Of a stretch of DNA of 17,847 nucleotides, positions 7,290-15,356 are shown in pieces. The stretch is from Chthoniobacteraceae bacterium (lineage in GTDB: Bacteria > Verrucomicrobiota > Verrucomicrobiia > Chthoniobacterales > Chthoniobacteraceae), in NCBI GenBank assembly GCA_031409655.1, contig JANNXQ010000142.1, forward strand, positions 1 through 17,847, written 5' to 3'. Positions within the stretch are counted from its first letter, which is position 1. Each line of letters starts with the position of its first letter. The position numbers were made by a program, and so were the translations under genes. The notes beneath the pieces were generated by a model. It had not been told where the DNA came from. It saw nothing but the letters and a program-made list of their open reading frames with translations, and ran no database searches.

Positions 7290-10200
7290 ATGAATACTTC
7301 ATCCCCGGCCAATCCTGTCTCCGCTCCTTCCGCCCGTGCCCGCGTCCGCTGGCGCGGGCTCTTCGCGGGGGTGCTCGGCCTGTGCCTGCCCGTGCTGGCG
7401 CAGGCGGCGAATCTCGTGGTCAACAGCAACGCGGACCCTGTCGGGTTCAACCCCAACATCACCATCGCCACGCTCGGGCCGGTGGTCACGCTGCGCGATG
7501 CCATCAATGCGGCCAATAACACCGGTGGCACCAACGTCATCACCTTCGACCCGAGCCTCAATGGCGGGGAAATCACGCTCAACCGGATCGCGACGATCAC
7601 GATTTCCTCTTCGCTCACGATTAACGGCCCGGGCAGGGACAATCTCGGAATCGTGGCTTACTATACTACCAACCCTGCCGTGGAGTCAGTCTTTGCGATC
7701 AATGCTGGTAATAATGTCACGATTTCCGGCCTTGACTTAAAGTATTCCTACGGACCCGTTGGAAGTATCCTAATCCCTGGAAGCACCGCAACTCGCTTCA
7801 TCGTCTCGGCTGGCAGTCTGACCATCCGCGACTGTAGGTTTTTGGCTCGCAGTGGCCGCAACATTATCGATGGAGTGGCGGGAAATATATCAAGCTTGGG
7901 CAATCAGTATCTCAATTCTGATGGATTTTCGCTCATCCACTTTGCTCAGACGACTTCTTTGGACCCCGTAGGGACGCTCCTTTGTCAAAACGATCATTTT
8001 GAGGGCAACTCTGGCAGATTTGGCATCTGCATCTATGCCGAAGGAGTGAAGGCGGTCATCATAGGATGCCGTTTCATCGGAACTACAGCGGAGGGTATTG
8101 TTTTCACCGGTGGTGGTGGTGTGATGGGAAATAGCGCCCCCGTCGTCTTGGCGTCGCTTTGCGATTTGATCAGCCTCAATAACACCTTTTACGCTAACGA
8201 ATTTGGCAGACTTCCCGACCTTTGCGCGGTCGATTGCTTGAGCGCCTTTAGCGCCAATGACACTTTTTGCTCGGCATATTTTACGCCAACATCGCAAGTG
8301 GGGGTTCAAGGCACACCGATCACCTTCGTCCATTCCACATTGATGGCTGGGGTATTGGAAGGCGCTGGGGCATGGAATATACAGGATCCGGGCACCATAG
8401 GACCATCTCCTATCGCGCAAACCCTGCGCGTGAAGAACTCGTTTTTAGGCGTCCCGACCTTAGGCTACGGCAATCCGGCATTGATCATCTCCGAGAACTC
8501 GCCAGTGGTGCAGGCAACCAATTGGGCTGCCTATCTGATGACTTATGGGGCGAATTCCAACGGGCAGGATTACGCGACTACGTTCGGCCTCCCCGGAATC
8601 GGCAGTTTCGGCGGGCCTGGCCTGACCGTCCCGCTGTGCAAGGATAGCCCGTTAAAAGGGGCCGGGAGCAGCCTCGGTTTGGTAACGGTGGATAACGGCA
8701 CGACCTTGACGGTGGATCATGTGGAGTATGTCGCACCCTATCTGCCGCTGCGGATCGGGAGCGAGATCGTGGTGGTCACGGATGTGCCCCATAGCACCAA
8801 TCCTGTCATTCCGTCGGCTTATGACGGGTATCGCTCGGGCACGGCCCAGATCACGGTGCAGCGGGCGCAATACGGCACCACCCAGACCAACCTGGCGGGC
8901 CAGCCCATCACGCTGGCCTTTGATGCCACCGGCGCATTGCGCAACCCCAACCAGATTGACATCGGGGCGCGGGCCAGTGTGCCGCATACGATGACGGTGG
9001 ACACCGTCGCCGATGATCCTGGAATCCAAACACTCTACGTAGGTAACGGTCCTGTTTTCCGGGGGAGAATTTACGTTCCGCTCCGTTCGGCGCTGACGGT
9101 GGCAGAGGCGGATGGGGGCGGCACGGTGACCTTTGATCCGAGTCTGGCCGGGCAGACGGTCACGCTCACCAAAGGCTGGAGCCGAAGCAATGATGTCTCG
9201 GCGCTGCAAGTCACCACGCCCGTGACCATTCAGGGGCCTGGCAATGCGCCGGGCGTCACGCTCGCCATCGGCGCGGGCGTGCCGCGGCGGCATTTCCAGG
9301 TGAGCAGCACGGGGGCGCTCACCTTGCAAAATCTCACGCTCACGGGCGGCAACTGTCCGTCCGGTGGCGGCGCGATTTTCAGCCAGGGCCTCCTGAATGT
9401 GGACGGCTGCACTTTCACCGGCAACACCAGCGCGCAGGAAGGCGGCGCGCTCTGGAACTACGGAGCAGGCACGCAGACGCAGGTGAAAAACTCGACCTTC
9501 GCGGGCAATACCTCGGTGCAAAACGGCGGCGCGATTTCCACCGCGTGCGAACTGATGACGCTGACCAATGTGACCATCGTGGATAACTCAATCACCGGCA
9601 CGGTGGGCGGCGGCATTCACCGATACTCCGGCGCGACGCGGCTGGTGAACAGCATCGTCGCCCGCAACACGGCCAACGGCTCGCCGAACAACGTGACTTC
9701 CATCGTCAATCCACTGGACGCGGCGAACAGCTTCAACAACCTCCTCGGCGCAGATGTGGCCGGACCAAACGGCAGCGGCCTGACGAATGGCGTGAATGGA
9801 AACAAAGTGGGCATCGCTGCGGCGAGCCTCGGCCTGGGCGCGCTGGCAAGCAACGGCGGCCTCACCCAGACGGTCGCGCTGCTGCCCGGCAGCCCCGCCG
9901 TGAATGGCGGCACCGCGACTGGCGCCCCGACGAACGACCAGCGCGGCAAATTGCGCCCGCAGTTTGGCGTGGTCGATATCGGCGCGTTTGAGCAGACGCC
10001 TTTCGACACCGGCCAGACCATCGTGAATGTCGGCGGCGGCTACTGGTATCTCGGACCGGATGCCGTCGGCAGCGATCTGCGCGTCTATCGCGAACTGCCC
10101 GGCCAACTCGCCACCTGGGTGGACAACGGCACGGCCACGCGCATCGGTCAGGCCCTCGACGGCACCGTGCTCGTGGAAAACTCCAGCGGCGGAGTCTATG

Positions 10201-10907
10201 CCCGCCCCGGTTCCACCACTGGCCTCGGCAGCGGCTACCAACTGCTTTCCTCCGTGACCGCCGGCGACAGCGCCACCTGGTTCCTCGGCCCCGATGGCAA
10301 CGCGAATGACTTCAACATTTACCGATGGTCGAGCAGCAGCAGCCCGGCCTACAGCAACGGCTTCGCGACGCAGCTTTCCATCACGGCCAACGGCTCCATC
10401 CTCGCCCGGAACAACGCTGCGACTAACTACCTCCGCCTCGGCTCCAACAGCGGGCTCGGCACAAACTGGCAACTTCTGAACGGCCCGCTCCCCATCTGGC
10501 GGGCGCTCCAAAGTCTCGCCGACAACGGCACGGAAGACCTCGCGAACCCCTCCCGCGACGGCGTCGCGAACCTGCTCAAATACTCCTTCAACCTGGCCCC
10601 GAACGCCGGCGACCTCGCGCGGGTGAATCTCGGCGTGCTGCCCGCCAACGGCACCGCCGGGCTGCCTTTCATCACACAAGACCCGCAAGGCCGCCTGTTC
10701 ATCGAGTTCGTCCGCCGCAAAGCCGCGACCAATCCCGGCATCACCTGCATCATCGAGACCGGCGACGACCTCACTGCCCTGCAGCCGCTCGACCTGAGCG
10801 GCGCGGCCGTCGTCTCCATTGATGCAACCTGGGAGCGCGTCACCGTCACCGACCCAACCATCACGCCCAACCGCTTCGCTCGCGTGCGGGTGAGCGTTGC
10901 GCCGTAG
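7290..10907 (+). CDS. Secreted/surface protein (1205 aa): signal peptide, two CSLREA-like/choice-of-anchor-Q beta-helix units (the first divergent), tectonin-like module, Verrucomicrobia-type C-terminal domain
   Basis: Signal peptide ...GLFAGVLGLCLPVLAQA|ANLVV. First unit VTLRDAINAAN...IDIGARA; second unit PLRSAL...GGAI..FTGN repeats...NGGLTQTVALLPGSPAVNGG..DQRG..DIGAFE. C-terminus DGVANLLKYSFNLAP...IEFVRRK...ERVTVTDP...RFARVRVS. Confidence 0.88.
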   Translation: MNTSSPANPVSAPSARARVRWRGLFAGVLGLCLPVLAQAANLVVNSNADPVGFNPNITIATLGPVVTLRDAINAANNTGGTNVITFDPSLNGGEITLNRIATITISSSLTINGPGRDNLGIVAYYTTNPAVESVFAINAGNNVTISGLDLKYSYGPVGSILIPGSTATRFIVSAGSLTIRDCRFLARSGRNIIDGVAGNISSLGNQYLNSDGFSLIHFAQTTSLDPVGTLLCQNDHFEGNSGRFGICIYAEGVKAVIIGCRFIGTTAEGIVFTGGGGVMGNSAPVVLASLCDLISLNNTFYANEFGRLPDLCAVDCLSAFSANDTFCSAYFTPTSQVGVQGTPITFVHSTLMAGVLEGAGAWNIQDPGTIGPSPIAQTLRVKNSFLGVPTLGYGNPALIISENSPVVQATNWAAYLMTYGANSNGQDYATTFGLPGIGSFGGPGLTVPLCKDSPLKGAGSSLGLVTVDNGTTLTVDHVEYVAPYLPLRIGSEIVVVTDVPHSTNPVIPSAYDGYRSGTAQITVQRAQYGTTQTNLAGQPITLAFDATGALRNPNQIDIGARASVPHTMTVDTVADDPGIQTLYVGNGPVFRGRIYVPLRSALTVAEADGGGTVTFDPSLAGQTVTLTKGWSRSNDVSALQVTTPVTIQGPGNAPGVTLAIGAGVPRRHFQVSSTGALTLQNLTLTGGNCPSGGGAIFSQGLLNVDGCTFTGNTSAQEGGALWNYGAGTQTQVKNSTFAGNTSVQNGGAISTACELMTLTNVTIVDNSITGTVGGGIHRYSGATRLVNSIVARNTANGSPNNVTSIVNPLDAANSFNNLLGADVAGPNGSGLTNGVNGNKVGIAAASLGLGALASNGGLTQTVALLPGSPAVNGGTATGAPTNDQRGKLRPQFGVVDIGAFEQTPFDTGQTIVNVGGGYWYLGPDAVGSDLRVYRELPGQLATWVDNGTATRIGQALDGTVLVENSSGGVYARPGSTTGLGSGYQLLSSVTAGDSATWFLGPDGNANDFNIYRWSSSSSPAYSNGFATQLSITANGSILARNNAATNYLRLGSNSGLGTNWQLLNGPLPIWRALQSLADNGTEDLANPSRDGVANLLKYSFNLAPNAGDLARVNLGVLPANGTAGLPFITQDPQGRLFIEFVRRKAATNPGITCIIETGDDLTALQPLDLSGAAVVSIDATWERVTVTDPTITPNRFARVRVSVAP
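9831..10481 (+). repeat. Duplicated coding module, copy B; partner at 5232-5885
   Basis: Same alignment as copy A; the offset is 4599 nt at the 5' end. Confidence 0.92.
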
Positions 10908-10977
10908 CTGGATGCGTAGATCCCGGAGCGCATTGGCCCATTGAATCGGTGCGCGGTGCCCGCGACAGTCCGCAGCG

Positions 10978-11739
10978 ATGCGCGATGAACGCCCCGTTGA
11001 TTTACCAGACCCGAACAGTCCGCAATTTCCCCACACCCGATGGAGTGTGGTGGTGCGGGCTAATGCGGGTTCGGAGGCTGGGGCGCACGAGGCGCTGGCG
11101 GATTTGTGCCGCGATTATTGGCGGCCGCTCTTCTATTTCGCGCGCCGGAAGGGGCACTCGCCGGAGGACGCGCAGGATCTCACGCAGGGGTTTATCGCGG
11201 AATTGCTCGAGCACAATGCGATCGCCCGGGCGGATCGCGATCGCGGGCGGTTTCGCACGTTTTTGATTTCGTCGTTCTGCCACTTCCTCGCCAATGCCCA
11301 GCGCGATCGCTCGACGCAGAAACGCGGGGGTGGAGTCGTTGTGGTGTCACTCGATGACGAGGAGGATGCGGGTGGCGCGCAGATGGCGGTGGACGGGACG
11401 ACGCCGGAGATGGAATACGAACGTCGCTGGGCGCTGGGGTTGCTGGAGCGGGTGATGGCGAGGCTGCGCGCGGAGTATGTGGAGGCGGAACGTGGGGCGC
11501 TCTTCGATGCGATGGAGCCGCATCTCTCCGGCGCGGCGGGACGGCCCGGTTACGCGGCGATCGGTGAGGCGCTGGGCTTGAGCGAGGGGACGATCCGCGT
11601 GGCGATGCATCGCATGCGGCGGCGATACGGGGACCTGCTGCGCGAGGAGATGGCGGCGACGGTGACGACGCCCGAGGAGATGGAGGATGAGCTGCGCCAC
11701 CTGACGAATGTCGTGGCGGGTGTGCCGAGCCGACTGTGA
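10978..11739 (+). CDS. ECF-family (sigma-70 group 4) RNA polymerase sigma factor of the Ser/Thr-kinase-associated type
   Basis: N-terminal FPHTRWSVV; region 2 ALADLCRDYWRPLFYFARRKGHSPEDAQDLTQGF...RGRFRTFL...FLANAQR; region 4 HTH YAAIGEALGLSEGTIRVAMHRMRRRY. It is directly upstream of a kinase, and no anti-sigma gene is visible. Confidence 0.93.
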   Translation: MRDERPVDLPDPNSPQFPHTRWSVVVRANAGSEAGAHEALADLCRDYWRPLFYFARRKGHSPEDAQDLTQGFIAELLEHNAIARADRDRGRFRTFLISSFCHFLANAQRDRSTQKRGGGVVVVSLDDEEDAGGAQMAVDGTTPEMEYERRWALGLLERVMARLRAEYVEAERGALFDAMEPHLSGAAGRPGYAAIGEALGLSEGTIRVAMHRMRRRYGDLLREEMAATVTTPEEMEDELRHLTNVVAGVPSRL

Positions 11740-11740
11740 G

Positions 11741-11789
11741 ATTTTTGAAACGTTTCGGCGGGAACCGGTAAGAACTGTCCGCAACCACG
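11741..11789 (+). promoter_or_regulatory. Putative ECF-sigma promoter, copy 3: T tract, GAAACGTTTCG (11747-11757), N7, CCGGTAAGAAC (11765-11775)
   Basis: The downstream box and spacing are identical to copies 1 and 2 although the flanks are unrelated. It ends 14 nt before the kinase ATG. Confidence 0.75.
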
Positions 11790-14700
11790 ATGGCGAATCC
11801 CATTTCCAACGATCCCGACGCCGCAGCGCAGCGGACGTGCGCGACTTGCGGCGCGGCGCTCGCTGCAGGCCGGCTCGGCGCGCATTGCCCGCGCTGTTTG
11901 TTCGGTCTCGCGAGCGGGTTCGGATTGGCGGGCGAGGCGGTGGACGAGGATCTGCCCGACCCGGCCGATTGGCGCGGCTTCGGCGACTACGAGTTGATCG
12001 AGGAAATCGCACGCGGCGGGATGGGCGTGGTGTATCGCGCGCGGCAGATGAGTCTCGGGCGCGAGGTGGCAATCAAGATGATCCTCGCGGGCGAGCTGGC
12101 GACGGCGGAGTCGGTGCAGCGCTTCCGCAATGAAGCGGCGGCGGCGGCGCGGCTGCATCACCCGAACATCGTTTCCGTGTATGAAATCGGGCAGCACGAG
12201 ATGCAGCATTTTTTCTCGATGCGGCTCGTGTCCGGGCGGCGCAATGTCGCGACGTGGGCGAAGGGAGTCGCGCCGTCATCGGGACAGATCGTGGCGATGA
12301 TGGTGAAGACGGCGCGCGCTGTCGCTTTTGCCCACGAGCGCGGAGTGCTGCATCGCGACCTGAAGCCGTCGAATATTCTCGTGGACGAAATGGGCGAGCC
12401 GCACGTGACGGATTTCGGCCTGGCGAAGCTGGTGAATCAGGACAGCGGGATCACGCGTTCCGCCGCAATGCTCGGCAGCCCGAGCTACATGGCGCCCGAG
12501 CAGGCGGACTCGCGCCAGGCGGATGTGACCATGGCGACCGATGTGTATGGGCTCGGCGCGGTGCTTTACGAACTGCTCGCGGGCCGGCCTCCATTTGTGG
12601 GCGCGTCGCCGCTGGCCACGGCGAAGATGGTCGTCGAGCAGATGCCGGAACGACTGGAGGCAGTGCCGCGCGATCTTGCCACGATCTGCCTGAAGTGCCT
12701 GGAGAAAGAGCCCTCGCAGCGTTACGCCACGGCGCTGGAACTGGCCGAGGATCTAGAGCGCTTCGCGCGTGGGGAGCCGATCCGCGCGCGCCCGATCACC
12801 GCCCCCGAGGCGCTCTGGCGTTGGGCGCGGCGGCGGCCGGGGATTGCGGCGCTGCTCGGCGCGCTGGCGCTGGCGCTGGTGCTCGGCCTGGCGGGCGTGA
12901 CGTGGCAATGGCGGCGCGCAGAGCGGGCGAACGCGCAGCAACTCAAGACGCTCGACCACCTGGCGTGGAAGGAAATCGTGCGCCAGGCCGGGAGCGACGA
13001 TGCGCCGATCGCCCTGGCGGCGCTCGCCGCGAGGCTGCGGGCCGATCCCGGGCGCTGGCAGGCGGCGATGCTCGCCATGTCCCTCGTCGAGCAGAGCGCG
13101 TTTCCGGTGATCGTCGGGCCGCCAGTCGTGCCCGTGGGGAAACTACGCGCACCGCCCCGGATCGCGCCGGATGGCCGTTGGTTCGCGGCGACCGGGGAGG
13201 ACACGGCGGTGCAGGTGTGGGACACGGCGACGGGCGCAGTGCGGGCGAAAATCGCGCTGCCCGCGGTGGCGACGGCGCTCGCGGTGGCGCAAGGCCCGTT
13301 CGTGCTCGCCGTCGCGACGAAGGATGCGCAAGTGCGAGTCCACGCGGCGCTCAATGGTCCCGCTCTCGTCCTCGCCCGCACCGGCACGGAGCCGATCAAT
13401 GATCTGCGCTTTTCCGCCGACGGCTCGCGGCTCCTTGCGCGTTCCCGCGATCGTGTGGAAGTCTGGCGCTGTGCGCAGCCGGAGCAGCCGCTCTCTTTTT
13501 CCCTCGATGGAGGCATCCGTGGCGCGGCGATCTCCGCCGATGGATCGCGGGTGCTGGCCTGGAATGCGAAGCGCGCCACGGTCTGGGAAGCGGAGTCCGG
13601 CCAGGCAAAGCTCGCCGTCGCCGCGCAGGCGGATTTCCGGCAGGGCGCGCTGGCGGCGGGAGGAAAACGGGTGGCGCTCATCGATGGCGCCTTTGTCACG
13701 CGGACTTGGGACGTGGATGCGGGCACGCCGCTCAGCGTCATCGACAGCCCGCTCTCGTCGCTGAAGTTGCTCGCGCTGGATGGCGGCGGCGGGCGCATCA
13801 CGCTGGCCGCCTTCTCAAATGAACTGATGGTCCACGATACCGCCTCCGGGCTGCGGGTCTCGCCACCGATGCAGCATCTTTACCAACCCACCGCGCTCAT
13901 CGGTTCGGGCGACGGCGCACGCACGGCGAGCTATGGCCGGGATGGTCGCGCGCACGTGTGGGATGCGGCGACGGGCCGCTCCCTGCTCGGCGGCATCTGG
14001 CTCGGAGATGATCGTCTCGTCGCCCCGGACTTCTCACACGATGGCCGCGCTCTGCTGCTCGCGCCCTGGCCGTCGCCCGACGGCGCGGCACCGATCAGCG
14101 TCTGGCGCGAGAGCCGCACGGCTCCGCCCCGCGTGCAGCGCGTGGAAGGGCAGCGCGATTTCAATGGCTGCCGGCTCAGCCCCGATGGGCGGCTCGGCTG
14201 CCTCGGCTTGTGGCCGGGGAAGCGGGCGCATGTCTATGAACTGGCGACCGGGCGCGTGCTGCTCGACGCCGCGGTCGGCGGCGATGTCTATGTCCACCTT
14301 TTCTCCCCCGACATGCGCCGCTACTACGCGCTGACTTCCAACGGCTGGCTGCACGGGTGGTCGCTCGACACTGGCGCGCCGCTGTGGCCGGCGAACCACC
14401 AGCCCGGCAATATCCGCCCCGGCGAAATCTCGCCCGACGGCACCCGCATCATCGCCGGGCATAATGACGGTCACATCCGCATCTACGACACGGCGACCGG
14501 CGCGCTCCTGCGGACGCTCGACCATCCCGGCGAAGTGAAGACGCTGCGCTTCGCGCCGGATGGCAGCGGGCGTTTCCTCTCCGCCTCCACCGATCACCTC
14601 GCGCACCTCTGGGATCTGCGGACGGCAGAAAAAGTGCGGACCTTCGCCGGACACACGGACACGATCCTCGCGAGCGCATGGAGCCCGGACAGCCGCTTCG

Positions 14701-15344
14701 TGGCCACGGCTTCCTACGACCAGACGGCGCGCGTGTGGGACGCCGCCACCGGCCTGCCCGTGGGCCGGCCGATGCCGCATTTCGCCTGGCTCTCGCACCT
14801 GGAGTTCAGCCCCGATGGCCGCCGCCTCGCCACGGCCTGCCGCGATGGCACCGCGCGTCTCTGGCATCCACGCACCGGCGAACCCGCATCACCGCCGCTC
14901 CCGCAGGGCAGCACCGCCGAAACCGTGCGCTTCACCCGCGATGGGGCCTGTCTTCTCGTGCGCGATCATCTCGGCTTCCGCTTTTGGGATGCAGAAAATG
15001 GCGAGCCCGTCACCGTCCACTACCCGGCCCCGGCCTCGGGCGGGCTCGGCATGGACGCCGATTCCTATCGGGCCGTCCTCTCGCCCGATGGCACCCAGGT
15101 CTTCCTCGGGTATTCGATGAATGAAGGCGCGCTGTGGACCATCCCGCAGCCCCGCGATCGCGTGCCGGAGTGGTTCCCGGATTTCCTGGAAAGTCTCGCG
15201 CTCGTGCGGCTGGACGCCTCGGGCACGCCGGCGGTTTTGTCAGGCGAGGGCCTGCTCCGGCTGAGGAAAATGCTCGCCGACCCACGCCACGACGGCCTCT
15301 ACGCCGCGTGGGCGCGGAGGATTCTCGGCCTGGCCGATCGGTAG
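11790..15344 (+). CDS. Membrane-anchored Hanks-type Ser/Thr protein kinase with an N-terminal CxxC/CxxC motif and C-terminal WD40 beta-propellers
   Basis: IARGGMGVVY, VAIK, RFRNEA, HRDLKPSN, DFG, GSPSYMAPEQ and DVYGLGAVLYELL are all intact. A hydrophobic TM segment IAALLGALALALVLGLAGVTWQW (~12843-12911) follows RRR. About 700 aa of WD40 repeats follow. Confidence 0.96.
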   Translation: MANPISNDPDAAAQRTCATCGAALAAGRLGAHCPRCLFGLASGFGLAGEAVDEDLPDPADWRGFGDYELIEEIARGGMGVVYRARQMSLGREVAIKMILAGELATAESVQRFRNEAAAAARLHHPNIVSVYEIGQHEMQHFFSMRLVSGRRNVATWAKGVAPSSGQIVAMMVKTARAVAFAHERGVLHRDLKPSNILVDEMGEPHVTDFGLAKLVNQDSGITRSAAMLGSPSYMAPEQADSRQADVTMATDVYGLGAVLYELLAGRPPFVGASPLATAKMVVEQMPERLEAVPRDLATICLKCLEKEPSQRYATALELAEDLERFARGEPIRARPITAPEALWRWARRRPGIAALLGALALALVLGLAGVTWQWRRAERANAQQLKTLDHLAWKEIVRQAGSDDAPIALAALAARLRADPGRWQAAMLAMSLVEQSAFPVIVGPPVVPVGKLRAPPRIAPDGRWFAATGEDTAVQVWDTATGAVRAKIALPAVATALAVAQGPFVLAVATKDAQVRVHAALNGPALVLARTGTEPINDLRFSADGSRLLARSRDRVEVWRCAQPEQPLSFSLDGGIRGAAISADGSRVLAWNAKRATVWEAESGQAKLAVAAQADFRQGALAAGGKRVALIDGAFVTRTWDVDAGTPLSVIDSPLSSLKLLALDGGGGRITLAAFSNELMVHDTASGLRVSPPMQHLYQPTALIGSGDGARTASYGRDGRAHVWDAATGRSLLGGIWLGDDRLVAPDFSHDGRALLLAPWPSPDGAAPISVWRESRTAPPRVQRVEGQRDFNGCRLSPDGRLGCLGLWPGKRAHVYELATGRVLLDAAVGGDVYVHLFSPDMRRYYALTSNGWLHGWSLDTGAPLWPANHQPGNIRPGEISPDGTRIIAGHNDGHIRIYDTATGALLRTLDHPGEVKTLRFAPDGSGRFLSASTDHLAHLWDLRTAEKVRTFAGHTDTILASAWSPDSRFVATASYDQTARVWDAATGLPVGRPMPHFAWLSHLEFSPDGRRLATACRDGTARLWHPRTGEPASPPLPQGSTAETVRFTRDGACLLVRDHLGFRFWDAENGEPVTVHYPAPASGGLGMDADSYRAVLSPDGTQVFLGYSMNEGALWTIPQPRDRVPEWFPDFLESLALVRLDASGTPAVLSGEGLLRLRKMLADPRHDGLYAAWARRILGLADR

Positions 15345-15356
15345 CCCTCACCGCCG

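Noticed and set aside
1524..7294. 65-bp direct repeat as a CRISPR repeat, att site or IS end
   Set aside because: There is no regular repeat-spacer array and no integrase or transposase. The repeat includes the start codon and recurs as a degenerate bipartite motif, which fits a promoter better.
5337..10061. Near-identical repeat pair as a diversity-generating retroelement TR/VR
   Set aside because: The mismatches are mostly synonymous third-position changes, not adenine-specific. Both copies are coding, and there is no reverse transcriptase in the window.
10908..10977. Possible terminator hairpin (ATGCG...CGCAT) or sigma autoregulatory promoter
   Set aside because: Only a 5-bp stem without a U tract, and no match to the bipartite motif.
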